In this document: in pieces, positions 11,802 to 22,872 of the stretch
Layout of the letters: each line of letters starts with the position of its first letter
Position numbering within the stretch: the stretch's first letter is position 1
Assembly: GCA_030141605.1 (NCBI GenBank)
Contig: JAQGDQ010000189.1
Location: forward strand, 62,001 to 126,000
Origin: Tubiluchus corallicola
Taxonomy: Eukaryota; Animalia; Priapulida
Reading direction: 5' to 3'
DNA length: 64,000 bases
Program-made: the position numbers and the translations under genes
The notes under the pieces: model-generated
Told to the model about the DNA's origin: nothing
Database searches by the model: none
The model's input: the letters and a program-made list of their open reading frames with translations, nothing else

Positions 11802-13157
11802 ATGTTTAGCACACTAAGGATTTTGTTGGTTGTCCTATTTTTGCCATTCATTTGTTCAGGCGTTTTTGCCCAGGATAAAATAGTAGACCAGATCATCGCT
11901 GTTGTTGGGGGTAATGTAATACTCAAGTCTGAGATTGAGATTCAGCATTTACAGATGCAGGTTCAGGGAATGACCTCGAAGGGGGATATAAAGTGTGAGA
12001 TACTGGAAGATTTTCTTGAGCAAAAACTTCTTGTAGCCGAAGCAGAACTTGATAGCAATATTGTTGTTACTGATAGCCAGATAAACCAGGAGATGGATGG
12101 AAGAATGCGATATTTTATACAGCATTTAGGATCGGAGAAGAGCGTTGAGAAGTACTTTAATAAAAGCATAAGTAAGATTAAGTCTGAGATGGCCGAGTCT
12201 ATTAAGTACCAGCTAATGACTCAACAGATGCAGCGACAAGTAACTATGAATGTAACATCTACTCCCGCAGAAGTCAGGCGCTACTATCGTCAGCTTGCAG
12301 ATGATGAAAAGCCACATGTCAGCCAACAGTTTGAATATGCGCAAATAACTATAACGCCTAAGATAGGAGAGGAGGAGGAGCTAAGAGTAAAGACCCGGCT
12401 GAGAGATCTGAAAAGGCGAATAGAGAGTGGCGATAATTTTGCTACAATGGCTGTTCTATACTCTGAAGGCCACTCTTCCAAGAATGGAGGTGAGATTGGG
12501 TATATGGGGCGGGCAGAGCTGGACCCTGCATACGCTTCGGTAGCCTTTAACCTGAAGAGAGGGAAGATATCTAATGTGGTAAAAAGTGAGTTTGGCTACC
12601 ACATAATTCAGATGATAGATCGCAAAGGGGATAAAGTGAACACACGGCATATAATAATGAAGCCTAAGATTGCGGAGGATGAGTTAAAAAAGGCAGAGCA
12701 GGCGTCAGACTCAATAGCTAACTTTATCAGAAAAGGGGAAATACAGTGGGAGCAGGCTGCACATGCCTACTCCTCTGATAAAGCCACTAAGAATAATAAG
12801 GGTCTTGTTATTAACCCGCAAACAGGCTCTTCTAAATTTGAAGCAGCTATGCTGGATCCTGATGTCAGTAAAGTAATAGCGTCTATGAACATCAATGAAA
12901 TATCATCACCGTTTCTTACAAGTATAAGCGAAAGAAATGATCAAAAAGTTTTTAAATTGATAAAGTTACTCGACAAGTCTGACGAACATGTAGCGACACT
13001 GGAGAAAGACTATCAGCTTATAAGCGATATGCTTCTTAGTAAAAAAAGAGAGGAAGCCCTGAAAGATTGGATTGCTGAACGACAATCACGCACATATATA
13101 CGTATTGATGATTCATATGCTAATTGTAATTTCAGGCTAAAAAGTTGGATAAAATAA
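11802..13157 (+). CDS. surA: SurA-like periplasmic chaperone / parvulin PPIase
   Basis: VD.IIAVVG...IL.SEI N-terminus; rotamase motifs FA.MA..YS, GGE.G, SEFGYHII. Confidence 0.88.
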   Translation: MFSTLRILLVVLFLPFICSGVFAQDKIVDQIIAVVGGNVILKSEIEIQHLQMQVQGMTSKGDIKCEILEDFLEQKLLVAEAELDSNIVVTDSQINQEMDGRMRYFIQHLGSEKSVEKYFNKSISKIKSEMAESIKYQLMTQQMQRQVTMNVTSTPAEVRRYYRQLADDEKPHVSQQFEYAQITITPKIGEEEELRVKTRLRDLKRRIESGDNFATMAVLYSEGHSSKNGGEIGYMGRAELDPAYASVAFNLKRGKISNVVKSEFGYHIIQMIDRKGDKVNTRHIIMKPKIAEDELKKAEQASDSIANFIRKGEIQWEQAAHAYSSDKATKNNKGLVINPQTGSSKFEAAMLDPDVSKVIASMNINEISSPFLTSISERNDQKVFKLIKLLDKSDEHVATLEKDYQLISDMLLSKKREEALKDWIAERQSRTYIRIDDSYANCNFRLKSWIK

Positions 13158-13272
13158 AATGGATATCTCCGGCCCGGAATACTGAAGTGAAAGTTTACAT
13201 CATTGCTAGTGAGAAAGAGTATTATCCTCCGGGGTTTCAAAGTTTTGGATAGGTGTATTATTTATTTGTGAA

Positions 13273-14820
13273 TTGATGGAAAAATGCAGGCAAATGTGTG
13301 TGTTCAATGCAGTTTTAATCCTGCTACTGACGCTGTTTGTGTCCACTGCGGGCGCTCAACAGAAGAAAAAGATTGATATCGAGAAGGCTGGAACACTGGA
13401 GTATGCCGAAGAGATTGAAAGTGGTGCCAGGAGGATAAAAGATAACGTTAAGTTAAGGCACGAGGAGGTGGTAATGTTTTGCGATAGTGCGTATATGTAC
13501 TCTGATCGCAATGAGGTTGATGCTTATGGCAATGTGCATATAATTCAAAATGATACTGTCCATCTTTATGGGGACTATCTCAATTACGATGGAGATTCAA
13601 AGCTGGCAAAAATAAAGGGAGATGTGAAGCTTATTGATAAAACAATAACATTAACTACTGATAAGCTTGATTTTGATATGAATCTGAACACAGGTTTGTA
13701 TACAACAGGTGGGGAGATTGTGGATACAGCAAATGTTTTGACCAGCATAAACGGAAAGTATTTTTCAGATCACGATCTGTTTTTGTTTAAAGACTCTGTG
13801 GTGGTCACCAATGAAAATTTTGTGCTTTATGCAGATACACTGGAATATAACACTAAGGATGAGGTGGTTTTTTTGGTAGGCCCCACAACTATACACGACC
13901 AGGCGGGCAGCGGAATATTGTATTCTGAGGAAGGTTGGTACGATACCCGTAAGTATATATCAGAATTTTACCAGGCGTCACGCCTTGAGCGTAATAACCA
14001 GGTTCTTGAAAGCGATACGCTGTTTTATGATCAAAATACAGGAGAAGCGAAGGCATGGGGAGATGTTAAGCTAACTGATCTGAAAGATGACATTATCATT
14101 ACAGGTCAGCGAGGTAACTATAATGAGTTTACCGATCGTGCTGTTGTTACAGACTCCGCTCTGTTTATGCAGTATACTGAGGTTGATACATTTTACATGC
14201 ATGCTGACACACTGCACTCGATTCCTGATACAGCAGCTGTCAATGAAGGGGAAAGGGCGTTTCTGGCCTATTATGGTGTTAAAACATACAGAAGGGATAT
14301 ACAGGGCAAGTGCGACTCGCTGTTTTATAAGATGGAGGACTCGACAATAACCATGTATTATAATCCTGTTCTGTGGTCACAAAATAATCAGATGATGGCA
14401 GATCGTATAGAGATGCTTTTCGAGGCTCCCCAGCCCGATTTTATCAAAATGGAAAATAATGCATTTATAATATCACTTGAAGGTTTTAACAGGTATAATC
14501 AGATTTACGGAAAAGATATGCTGGGGTATGTAAGGCGCAATGAATTGTACCGAGTTGACGTAAATGGGAATGGGCGTTCCGTATATTATGTTAAGGAAGG
14601 AGAGAGTATTATAGGTCTTAACAAGGTAGAGTGTAGCAATATAGTGATTCACCTTACGCTGGGAAAGGTAAAAGAGATCTTATGGTTGACTGATGCGGAT
14701 GCGAAGATGTTGCCTCTTCATCAAGTTGATGATGAGAAAAACAGGCTGGAGGGGTTCCTGTGGAGGGATAGAGAACGGCCCAAAAGGAAGGAAGATGTTT
14801 TTATAAAAGACCCGGACTAG
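13273..14820 (+). CDS. OstA-like (LptA/LptD_N) beta-jellyroll protein
   Basis: CDSAY..GNV..Q.D.V.LYGD.L.YDG repeats; downstream of surA; true start may be a few codons later. Confidence 0.85.
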   Translation: MMEKCRQMCVFNAVLILLLTLFVSTAGAQQKKKIDIEKAGTLEYAEEIESGARRIKDNVKLRHEEVVMFCDSAYMYSDRNEVDAYGNVHIIQNDTVHLYGDYLNYDGDSKLAKIKGDVKLIDKTITLTTDKLDFDMNLNTGLYTTGGEIVDTANVLTSINGKYFSDHDLFLFKDSVVVTNENFVLYADTLEYNTKDEVVFLVGPTTIHDQAGSGILYSEEGWYDTRKYISEFYQASRLERNNQVLESDTLFYDQNTGEAKAWGDVKLTDLKDDIIITGQRGNYNEFTDRAVVTDSALFMQYTEVDTFYMHADTLHSIPDTAAVNEGERAFLAYYGVKTYRRDIQGKCDSLFYKMEDSTITMYYNPVLWSQNNQMMADRIEMLFEAPQPDFIKMENNAFIISLEGFNRYNQIYGKDMLGYVRRNELYRVDVNGNGRSVYYVKEGESIIGLNKVECSNIVIHLTLGKVKEILWLTDADAKMLPLHQVDDEKNRLEGFLWRDRERPKRKEDVFIKDPD

Positions 14821-14838
14821 CAAAAGTAGGGGATAAAG

Positions 14839-16176
14839 GACACTGTTTCACAAAGTGTGTAAACTAAAAAAATACCGAGGGTTTGGCTATTTATAGCTGG
14901 ACCCTTTTTTCAAATATAACTAAGAACTGATTCAAGACAATGCCCCAGTTTCTGATTGGCATTGACCATTTTTTAGTTGCTTCTCTGGTTGCCAAAAATA
15001 CAGATTTCATTACAGCCTGGTCTGACGGGAATGAAAGTTTGTTTTTTGTGTATTTTCTGATTTTTCCGTTGAGATTCTCAATCAGGTTGGTTGTATAAAT
15101 TATCTTTATGATTTCCAGCGGAAACTCAAAGAATACTGTTAGATCTTCCCAGTTGTCTCGCCAGCTTTTAATTGCGTAAGAGTATTTATCCTCCCAAGCT
15201 GCTGCAAAATCTTCTAAAGCTGCTTTTGCAGCCTCTTTTGTATGGGCGTTATAGATTTGCTTCATATCTTTTGTAAATGCCTTTTTATCTTTCCAAACCA
15301 CGTATCTGCTTGCGTTACGGATTTGATGAACAACACATATTTGTGTTTTAGATTCAGGGGAAACAGTTCGGATAGTATCTGTAAAGCCATTCAAGTTATC
15401 TGTTGCCGTAATCAGGATATCGTTAACTCCACGAGCTTTCATATCGGTAAGTACGTTCATCCAAAAGGCAGCGGACTCACTCTTGCCCAACCATAAGCCA
15501 AGAACCTCTTTTTTCCCATCTCTGCGAAGTCCTACGGCAATGTAAACGGTTTTGTTGACGACCTTAGAGTTCTCCCGCACTTTAAATACAATGCCATCCA
15601 TCCAAACAATTAGGTATACAGTTTCCAGAGGTCGGTTCTGCCACGCTACAATGTCGTTGGTGACTGAATCGGTAATCCTTGATATGGTGGATGTGGAAAC
15701 TTCAAAACCGTATAGCTCCCGAATTTGCTCTTCAATATCGCTATTACTCATTCCTTTAGCATAAAACGAAACAATGATATTCTCTAAGCCATCGACCATG
15801 TTCCCTCCTTTGGGTACAATCATCGGATTAAACGAAGCATCACGGTCTCGGGGAACCTGAATGTTGGATTCTCCCAGAGTGGTTCGGACTCTCTTCTCTG
15901 AATAGCCATTGCGGGCATTCTGATTATCCGATTTTTGATTCTTATCATAGCCTAAATGACCATCGAGTTCTCCTTCAAGCATCTTTTCAATGCCTCGTTT
16001 TTGGAGCTCTTGTAAAAAACCATTGAGCTCTTCCCCTGAATTAAACTGTTCAAGGAAATCATCATTTAATAAATCTTCTTTTTTCATTACTGTCTAAAGT
16101 TTTAAAATTAAACAAAAAAATGCCGAGGGTTGCAACCCTCGGCATTTTCTATTTACACAGTTTATGAGATAGTGCT
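14839..16176 (-). mobile_element. IS256-family element, copy 2 (1338 bp)
   Basis: Same ends as copy 1; 8-bp TSD GGATAAAG at 14831-14838 and 16177-16184. Confidence 0.95.
14891..16087 (-). CDS. IS256-family DDE transposase
   Basis: 398 aa, 7 amino-acid differences from copy 1. Confidence 0.95.
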   Translation of the reverse strand: MKKEDLLNDDFLEQFNSGEELNGFLQELQKRGIEKMLEGELDGHLGYDKNQKSDNQNARNGYSEKRVRTTLGESNIQVPRDRDASFNPMIVPKGGNMVDGLENIIVSFYAKGMSNSDIEEQIRELYGFEVSTSTISRITDSVTNDIVAWQNRPLETVYLIVWMDGIVFKVRENSKVVNKTVYIAVGLRRDGKKEVLGLWLGKSESAAFWMNVLTDMKARGVNDILITATDNLNGFTDTIRTVSPESKTQICVVHQIRNASRYVVWKDKKAFTKDMKQIYNAHTKEAAKAALEDFAAAWEDKYSYAIKSWRDNWEDLTVFFEFPLEIIKIIYTTNLIENLNGKIRKYTKNKLSFPSDQAVMKSVFLATREATKKWSMPIRNWGIVLNQFLVIFEKRVQL

Positions 16177-16275
16177 GGATAAAGCCAGCCAACCCTCTCT
16201 AAATTTTAGCGCTATCTCATAAGCTTACACAGTTATTTTTTTATGCTTTTTACGATTTAGTGTGGTCGTTGTGAG

Positions 16276-18243
16276 TTAGTAAGCTTTATTGCCCACCCTG
16301 TTACCCAGCTTGCCTGAAAGCTCTTCTTCTATAGCTTTAATGTTGCTCATACTTTGCTGTATGTCAGTAACTCTATCAAGGTCGTTGTCGGCAATTGCCT
16401 GCTTTATCTCATCGTTCTTTTGAGTCCAGAGATGTCGCACTATTTTGAGCTTATACTCTTGTAGTACCTTAGGGACAATGGTGTGCAAGATTTCATGTTC
16501 TTCTTCTACGAAGCTTCCTTTCTTTTTCCAAAATTCACTTTCAGTATATCTATTGGGGATCAAGTCAGAGGCGAGTGCATTTATTTTTTCATCGTGGTGA
16601 AGAATAAAGAAACGTTCAGGGTCAAACTCTTCATTTCCCAGATGTGCGTGATATTCACTAAAAATAGCACGAATTGTGTCGTCTACTGATTCTATTTGAT
16701 CTTTTTCCAGTTCAGACAGTATAAATTCTGCTACAGAAATAGATTCTGTTATGTCTTCATCTTCAGGTGATTCTACTTCAAACATTTTCAGTGTCCCATA
16801 TTTTAAAAGAAGGCGTAGCAGTTCTCTTTCCTCATTTTCACAATGATTGATAGTCTCTACCGGCTGTTCATCTTTTTTCGTTTCGGCATCATAAGCCTGC
16901 TTTCGCTTTTCCCTCTGTTCGCGCCTAAAGTCATCCTCTCTTTTTCTGAACTTCAGCTTGCGCATATCATTATAGAGAGCTTCTTCGCGGACCTTTAAAA
17001 GGTGGCTACACTCTTTAAGGTACTCTGCCCGCACAATTTCATCGGGAATAACAGAAATTGTACGTACAATATCAGATATGAGGCGTGCCCTGGAGATAGG
17101 ATCGTTCTCAGTATCTTTCATCAACATGCGAGTCTTGAAATCGATAAAGTCAGTTTCATTTTCTTCTATATATTTAGACAACTCATGCTTGCTCAACGAT
17201 TTAGAGAATGAGTCAGGGTCTTCTCCATCAGGAAGTGGCAGCACCTTAACATTCACATTTTCCTCGAGTATCATATCTATCCCACGCAACGATGCTTTGA
17301 TACCGGCCTGATCACCATCATAAATAATGGTTACATTGTTTGTAAAGCGCCTTATGAGACGTACCTGCTCTTGGGTTAAAGATGTGCCAGATGATGCGAC
17401 AACATTTTCTATCCCTGCCTGGTGCATTGAGATAACGTCTGTGTATCCTTCTACCAAGTAGCACTTTTCCTCTTTTATGATACTGCGTCTGGACTGGTAT
17501 ATGCCATACAGGATATGGCTCTTGTGATAAATATCCGACTCAGGAGAGTTTATATACTTGGCAACTTTTTTGCTCTGTGACATAGTTCTGCCACCGAACG
17601 CAACTACCTTTCCTGCTATTCCATGTATAGGAAATATTATGCGTCCGCTAAAGCGGTCTTTTAATGAGCTTTCACTCTTTATGGTAAGCCCTGTTTTTAC
17701 AAGGTATTTAATATTGTATCCTCTCTTTAGTGCTGCTTGTGTAAGTACACCTTTCTTTTCAGGACAGAAGCCCAGTTCAAACTTTTTAATTATTTCATCA
17801 GAAAATTTGCGCTCGCGAAGGTAGCTTAATCCAACTGCCACCCCTTCGTCAGTTTCCCATATCTGTTTTGTAAAGTGTTGTTGTGCAAAAGAGGTAACAA
17901 TAAGCTGGCTTTCACGTTCATTTCGTGTTTTTATTTCATCTTCACTTTCCTCTTTTTCCTGAACCTCTATGTTGTATTTTTTAGCGAGCCATTTTAATGC
18001 TTCTGCATAAGATAGTCGCTCATGCTCCATTACAAAGTTTACGGCACCACCTCCTTTTCCGCATCCGAAGCATTTGTATATGCCTTTTGCAGGAGAAACA
18101 CTAAAAGAGGGTGTTTTTTCATTGTGAAAGGGACATAGTCCGATGTGATTGGCTCCCCGTTTTTTCAAAGAGACAAAGTCGCTTACCACATCTACAATTT
18201 CCGAGACATCTAAGATGTGCTGCACTGTGCTTTGATCGATCAT
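16276..18243 (-). CDS. dnaG: DNA primase
   Basis: CPFH.EKTPSF Zn finger, FGGR, KY.NSPE, VEGYTDV, YDGD.AG, DPD. Confidence 0.97.
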   Translation of the reverse strand: MIDQSTVQHILDVSEIVDVVSDFVSLKKRGANHIGLCPFHNEKTPSFSVSPAKGIYKCFGCGKGGGAVNFVMEHERLSYAEALKWLAKKYNIEVQEKEESEDEIKTRNERESQLIVTSFAQQHFTKQIWETDEGVAVGLSYLRERKFSDEIIKKFELGFCPEKKGVLTQAALKRGYNIKYLVKTGLTIKSESSLKDRFSGRIIFPIHGIAGKVVAFGGRTMSQSKKVAKYINSPESDIYHKSHILYGIYQSRRSIIKEEKCYLVEGYTDVISMHQAGIENVVASSGTSLTQEQVRLIRRFTNNVTIIYDGDQAGIKASLRGIDMILEENVNVKVLPLPDGEDPDSFSKSLSKHELSKYIEENETDFIDFKTRMLMKDTENDPISRARLISDIVRTISVIPDEIVRAEYLKECSHLLKVREEALYNDMRKLKFRKREDDFRREQREKRKQAYDAETKKDEQPVETINHCENEERELLRLLLKYGTLKMFEVESPEDEDITESISVAEFILSELEKDQIESVDDTIRAIFSEYHAHLGNEEFDPERFFILHHDEKINALASDLIPNRYTESEFWKKKGSFVEEEHEILHTIVPKVLQEYKLKIVRHLWTQKNDEIKQAIADNDLDRVTDIQQSMSNIKAIEEELSGKLGNRVGNKAY

Positions 18244-18418
18244 AGTGCAAAATTAATTAATTTTAGGTTTAAACATTTCTGCTATATAATTATTATTCAA
18301 CAGTATTTCTTACGGTGAGGAGAACAGGTAGCTGCAAGAGTTTTTATGTTTTACGCTTTTATTGTTGAGTTTTTAGAGTACATTTGAGTGTCCAGGTTAC
18401 ATTTTGTAAAATTTATAT

Positions 18419-19120
18419 ATGCAATTAAAGAAGAGAATAGCATTACTTTCCGGGGCAGGTATGTCTGCGGAGAGCGGTATACGAACTTTTCGTGACTCTA
18501 ATGGCTTGTGGGAAGAACATGATGTTATGGAGGTTGCAAGCCCGCAAGGGTGGGAGAGTAATATGGAGCTGGTCTTAAGGTTTTACAATGAGAGGCGAAA
18601 ACAGTTACTGGAGTGCACTCCCAACGATGGGCATTACGGTATTGCTCAGCTGGAACAGCAGTATGATGTTGATATTATTACGCAAAACATTGATGACCTC
18701 CATGAAAGGGCTGGTTCTACGAAGGTTTTACATCTTCATGGGGAGCTAAAGAAAGTTCGTAGCACTGTCGATTCATCGCTGGTCTATAATCTGGATGGCT
18801 GGGAGCTGAAAAAAGGAGATTTGTGTGAGAGAGGAAGCCAGTTACGCCCTCATATAGTATGGTTTGGAGAAGCGGTGCCGGAAATGGAAAAAGCAGTTCC
18901 TATCGTTCAGTCAGTAGATATACTGGTAGTGGTAGGCACTTCGTTAGGTGTATACCCGGCAGCAGGGCTTGTTGATTACGCACCGCAAGGTGTCCCGATA
19001 TTCCTTGTAGATCCTAATCCTCCCGCACATTTAGATGCTAATATTGAGGTGATTAAAGAGAAGGCCGGTGTTGGGATAAAAGTATTGACATCCCTGCTAC
19101 AGAGGTTAGGGCAAAATTGA
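18419..19120 (+). CDS. cobB: NAD-dependent deacylase, class III sirtuin
   Basis: GAGMSAESGI.TFR, FYNERR, TQNID.LH, LHG, RPHIVWFGE, GTS..VYPAA. Confidence 0.92.
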   Translation: MQLKKRIALLSGAGMSAESGIRTFRDSNGLWEEHDVMEVASPQGWESNMELVLRFYNERRKQLLECTPNDGHYGIAQLEQQYDVDIITQNIDDLHERAGSTKVLHLHGELKKVRSTVDSSLVYNLDGWELKKGDLCERGSQLRPHIVWFGEAVPEMEKAVPIVQSVDILVVVGTSLGVYPAAGLVDYAPQGVPIFLVDPNPPAHLDANIEVIKEKAGVGIKVLTSLLQRLGQN

Positions 19121-19131
19121 AGTAAGTTGAT

Positions 19132-19698
19132 ATGAAGCGACAGATAGTGATAGCTTCAACCGGAGCTAGCGGTGCAGTTTATATGGATAGGTTGCTTAGC
19201 AGACTTGCGTTGTTTTCAGGGCAATTTGACAAGTGTGGGGTTGTCTTTTCAAATAATGCAAAGGATGTATGGAACCACGAATTGGACAGGAGGGTGGGGG
19301 ATCCGGGTAAGAAATTCCGGTTTTATGCCAATGACGATTTTTTTGCTCCTTTTGCTTCAGGTTCAGCCCGGTATGACACAATGATAATAATGCCCTGCTC
19401 AATGGGAACTCTTGGGCGTATAGCTTCAGGGGTATCGGATTGCTTGATAACGAGAGCAGCTGATGTGATACTTAAAGAGCAAAGGAGACTGGTACTGGTT
19501 GTTCGTGAAAGCCCTTTTAGTTTGATCCATTTGCGAAATATGACGGAAGTAACTAAAGCAGGTGCAGTTGTATGCCCTGCAGCCCCGTCATTTTATAGCC
19601 ATCCCAAGGGTGTTGAGGAAATGATTGATACTGTTGTAAACAGGGTTTTGGATGTGGCAGGTATTCAAAATGATGGATTTAGGTGGCAATCGCAGTAA
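19132..19698 (+). CDS. ubiX: Flavin prenyltransferase
   Basis: TGASG, ASGS, PCSMGT, RAADV.LKE.R, RESP, P.FY..P. Confidence 0.92.
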   Translation: MKRQIVIASTGASGAVYMDRLLSRLALFSGQFDKCGVVFSNNAKDVWNHELDRRVGDPGKKFRFYANDDFFAPFASGSARYDTMIIMPCSMGTLGRIASGVSDCLITRAADVILKEQRRLVLVVRESPFSLIHLRNMTEVTKAGAVVCPAAPSFYSHPKGVEEMIDTVVNRVLDVAGIQNDGFRWQSQ

Positions 19699-19833
19699 CG
19701 CATTTAACATCCAGTGTTTATCACCAGTTATAATCGAAAAAACAAATTGTGCAAAAAACACAAAACAGGTTGTGCAGAAATATCCATTCAGTTTTTGATT
19801 ATACAAGGGTTTAGTTTGCACAGATAGTGCTAA

Positions 19834-20058
19834 AAAATCAGAAAATACACAAAAAACAAACTTTCATTCTCGTCAGACCAGGCTGTAATGAAATCTGTAT
19901 TTTTGGCAACCAGAGAAGCAACTAAAAAATGGTCAATGTCAATCAGGAACTGGGGCATTGTCTTGAATCAGTTCTTAGTTGTATTTGAAAAAAGGGTCCA
20001 GCTATAAATAGCCAAACCCTCGGTATATTTTAGTTTACACACTTTGTGAAACAGTGTC
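19834..20058 (+). mobile_element. IS256 3' fragment (transposase C-terminus plus terminal IR), opposite orientation to the full copies
   Basis: Encodes [17 protein letters not shown]...KRVQL* and ends in ...GTGAAACAGTGTC. Confidence 0.9.
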
Positions 20059-20514
20059 TTAACACAGTTTTTAAAGCTTTTCCCTTGTGTCGTTTTGAGC
20101 AATTATAGGCCCAAAAAACAGCCTTTTTTTATGTTTTCATGTCTCTTTTAAGCGTTTACAACTCCCTTTTTTTACCTTAAATGTATACCCAACTGTTTTA
20201 CTTATTGTTTTTTTACAAAATAGGGAGCTTTTTACTAGGCTGTTCTTCCTATATTATGTGTATATTCTAGAGAGGCATATACTGCTGTTGTAGCTTATTT
20301 TTAAGGCTTATTAAGCTACTGTGCTCTATATTGGCGGGCGGACTAGTGTTACATCTCTGCTTTTGAAAACCAGCGTTACATTAGCATAAATGTACAATTC
20401 GTTTTATTTGGCTTATTCTTACACATAAGCCACAACCCTTATAAACAATGGATCTTCCTTCTATTTTCTTGTTCACTTATATGTACAATTCGTTTTATCC
20501 CTTATACAGTAATA

Positions 20515-21303
20515 TTAACTTCCGCACGCTAATGTTGCAACACTGAGTTTTACACTGTCTATTTTCAATAAAATATCGCCACACGCTTCAAGAGTAGAGC
20601 CGGTAGTGAACATATCATCAACAAGCAATATATGTCTCCCTTCAAAAAGCTTTGGCTTTTTCACCGTAAAAGCTCTTTTAACATTTTCCCATCTTTCTTG
20701 TTTATTCTTGCTTGTTTGCGTCTCTGTGTATATTTTTCTTACAAGGTTGTCGGTTGATAGCTTGCAGCCAATAACCTCACTAATGCCCACTGCTATTTCA
20801 GTACTCTGGTTATAGCCCCTCTTTTTCTGTTTGCGTGGATGCAAAGGTACAGGTACAATAATGTCAATATTTTTAAAACTTTCTGACTCCAGTATACTCC
20901 ATCCGAGCATGCGTCCCATAATTAAGCCTATTCTCCGTTCTTTTTTATATTTCAGTTGGTGCAATAGATGCTGAATTCTCCCACCTTTGCCAAAAAAACA
21001 GAATGAGGTTGCGTTCTCAACGCTTAGCCTGCCCCAGAAACTTTTTGCTATGGGATTATCCGTGCTCTTCTCATACTCAGTTAAGGGCAAGTCAGCTATA
21101 CATCTCAAACACAGTATATCCTCACCCCTGGCTAAGGATATGCCGCACGCACTACAACGCTCCGGGAAAAACAGTGAGAGCAAACCCTCCCACAGGGCGG
21201 AAATAAAGCGTAATGATGCCTTTGCAAAACTCATCTTTTTATTAATACTTTCGTCAGAACCCTTTTCAAAACCTTCATTTGTTAGTAGTCTGAAAATTTT
21301 CAC
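20515..21303 (-). CDS. comF: ComF family phosphoribosyltransferase-like protein
   Basis: FP..C..C..C..C double zinc ribbon, VPVPLH..RGYNQ, LLVDD..TTGST; start uncertain. Confidence 0.9.
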   Translation of the reverse strand: MKIFRLLTNEGFEKGSDESINKKMSFAKASLRFISALWEGLLSLFFPERCSACGISLARGEDILCLRCIADLPLTEYEKSTDNPIAKSFWGRLSVENATSFCFFGKGGRIQHLLHQLKYKKERRIGLIMGRMLGWSILESESFKNIDIIVPVPLHPRKQKKRGYNQSTEIAVGISEVIGCKLSTDNLVRKIYTETQTSKNKQERWENVKRAFTVKKPKLFEGRHILLVDDMFTTGSTLEACGDILLKIDSVKLSVATLACGS

Positions 21304-21429
21304 CGATTCTTTTCAATCTGAACTAAGCTCTCTTGCCTTGCAAAGGTTTCGAAATATCAACTTATTATTTATTGGGAAGACACATTTAATTACTTAAAGG
21401 TATAGAACTTGAAAAGGGTGCTCCAAAGG

Positions 21430-22035
21430 TTAATCCATGTAATGCACAAGCTTGCTTAAATATTTTCCTATAATGTCAAACTCAAGGTTTACAGTGCTCC
21501 CTTTTCTAAAGGCGTGAAAATTTGTAGTCTCGTATGTGTAGGGAATTATTGCTACCTGAAATGAGCTGTCTTTTGAGTTAACTACTGTCAGGCTGACTCC
21601 GTTAATAGTTATGGAGCCCTTCTCCACAGTCATGTATCCCGAGCCGGCCTTTTCTTTGTCAAATTTATACTCAAATGTGTAGTACCAACTACCGTCTGCT
21701 TCCGTAATATCAGTACACTTAGCCGTTTGGTCAACGTGACCTTGGACAATATGCCCATCCAGGCGGCCATTCATTTTCACGCTGCGCTCAAGATTGACCT
21801 TATCTCCTACACTTATCAACCCAAGATTAGACTTCAGCAGGGTTTCCTCTATAGCTGTTACCGTATAGGTTGAGTCAGTTTTTTTTACAACGGTGAGGCA
21901 AACACCATTGTGCGATATACTTTGATCTACTTTCAGCTCACTTACAAAATCGCACTTTAACGTTATGTGTACATTTCCCTGCTCTTTGTCAACAGCAGTA
22001 ATTGTTCCCATACCTTCAACAATTCCTGAAAACAT
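21430..22035 (-). CDS. ribE: Riboflavin synthase
   Basis: MFSGIVE N-terminus, NGVCLTV, VNLER, GH.VQGHVD, VNLEFD. Confidence 0.95.
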   Translation of the reverse strand: MFSGIVEGMGTITAVDKEQGNVHITLKCDFVSELKVDQSISHNGVCLTVVKKTDSTYTVTAIEETLLKSNLGLISVGDKVNLERSVKMNGRLDGHIVQGHVDQTAKCTDITEADGSWYYTFEYKFDKEKAGSGYMTVEKGSITINGVSLTVVNSKDSSFQVAIIPYTYETTNFHAFRKGSTVNLEFDIIGKYLSKLVHYMD

Positions 22036-22309
22036 TTTTACAGACTTTTTTATTTTAAAACTATTTCACCACTAAAATACTATAATTTTGAGATCTATGC
22101 AAAGCACAAGGTTTTGTTTTGTGTTGAGAGAAAGCTTAGTGAAAACTGTAGTTTGAGCCAGGATGAACAGCTGGTTTGAGGATGACTTTGAGAAGGTATT
22201 CAAAAAGGTAAGCTTTGTAAAATTTATCTTTTTATGACCTCTGCTGCGATATTTTATGCGCTGCTATGTTTGGAATACCTATTTTTACAGGTAATAATTC
22301 TATAAAAAG

Positions 22310-22759
22310 ATGAAGAGGCCGGATAAAAGAATAGTTGAGTTTATCAATAAGCATCATGTGCTAACATTAGCTACTTGTAAAGATAATATTCCATGGTGCT
22401 CTAACTGCTTTTATGTTTTTTTGGAAGAAGAGGCTCTGCTGGTCTTCACTTCCAGCATGGAGACAAGGCATGCAAAAGAAGCTCTTGCAAACAGGTGTGT
22501 TTCAGGATCAATAGTTTTGGAAACCAGTATTGTAGGCAAGATTCGCGGAGTTCAACTTAGCGGAACCATGGAGATGATAGCAGGAGATCTCCTGGATAGA
22601 GCAAAAAAGGCATACCTCAAGCGTTTCCCTTTTGCAGCTCTCATGGATACAACATTGTGGGTATTTAGGATTGAGCATATAAAGATGACGGATAACCGCC
22701 TGGGATTTGGGAAAAAACGGATATGGGAAAGGGGTGCGCAGAGGAGAGAGTGCGTGTAA
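22310..22759 (+). CDS. Pyridoxamine 5'-phosphate oxidase family protein (YhbP-like)
   Basis: HHVLTLAT, PWC.NCFY, TRH, I.G.Q, K.TDN.LGFGKK. Confidence 0.85.
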   Translation: MKRPDKRIVEFINKHHVLTLATCKDNIPWCSNCFYVFLEEEALLVFTSSMETRHAKEALANRCVSGSIVLETSIVGKIRGVQLSGTMEMIAGDLLDRAKKAYLKRFPFAALMDTTLWVFRIEHIKMTDNRLGFGKKRIWERGAQRRECV

Positions 22760-22833
22760 AAAGATAGTTTGGCTATAAAATCGAGGTTTGAGTAACCTTT
22801 GATTTATGTAAAGTCTTAAAGGAGTAAAAGAGC

Positions 22834-22863
22834 AAAGCGGGAAGTATTATACTCCCCGCTTTT
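22834..22863. terminator. Intrinsic terminator between convergent genes
   Basis: AAAGCGGG-AAGTATTATACTC-CCCGCTTTT hairpin. Confidence 0.6.
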
Positions 22864-22872
22864 GTAATAAGC

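Noticed and set aside
18419-19120. Sirtuin as an anti-phage (Thoeris/DSR-type) component
   Set aside because: Ordinary stand-alone CobB in a housekeeping context with no defence partners.
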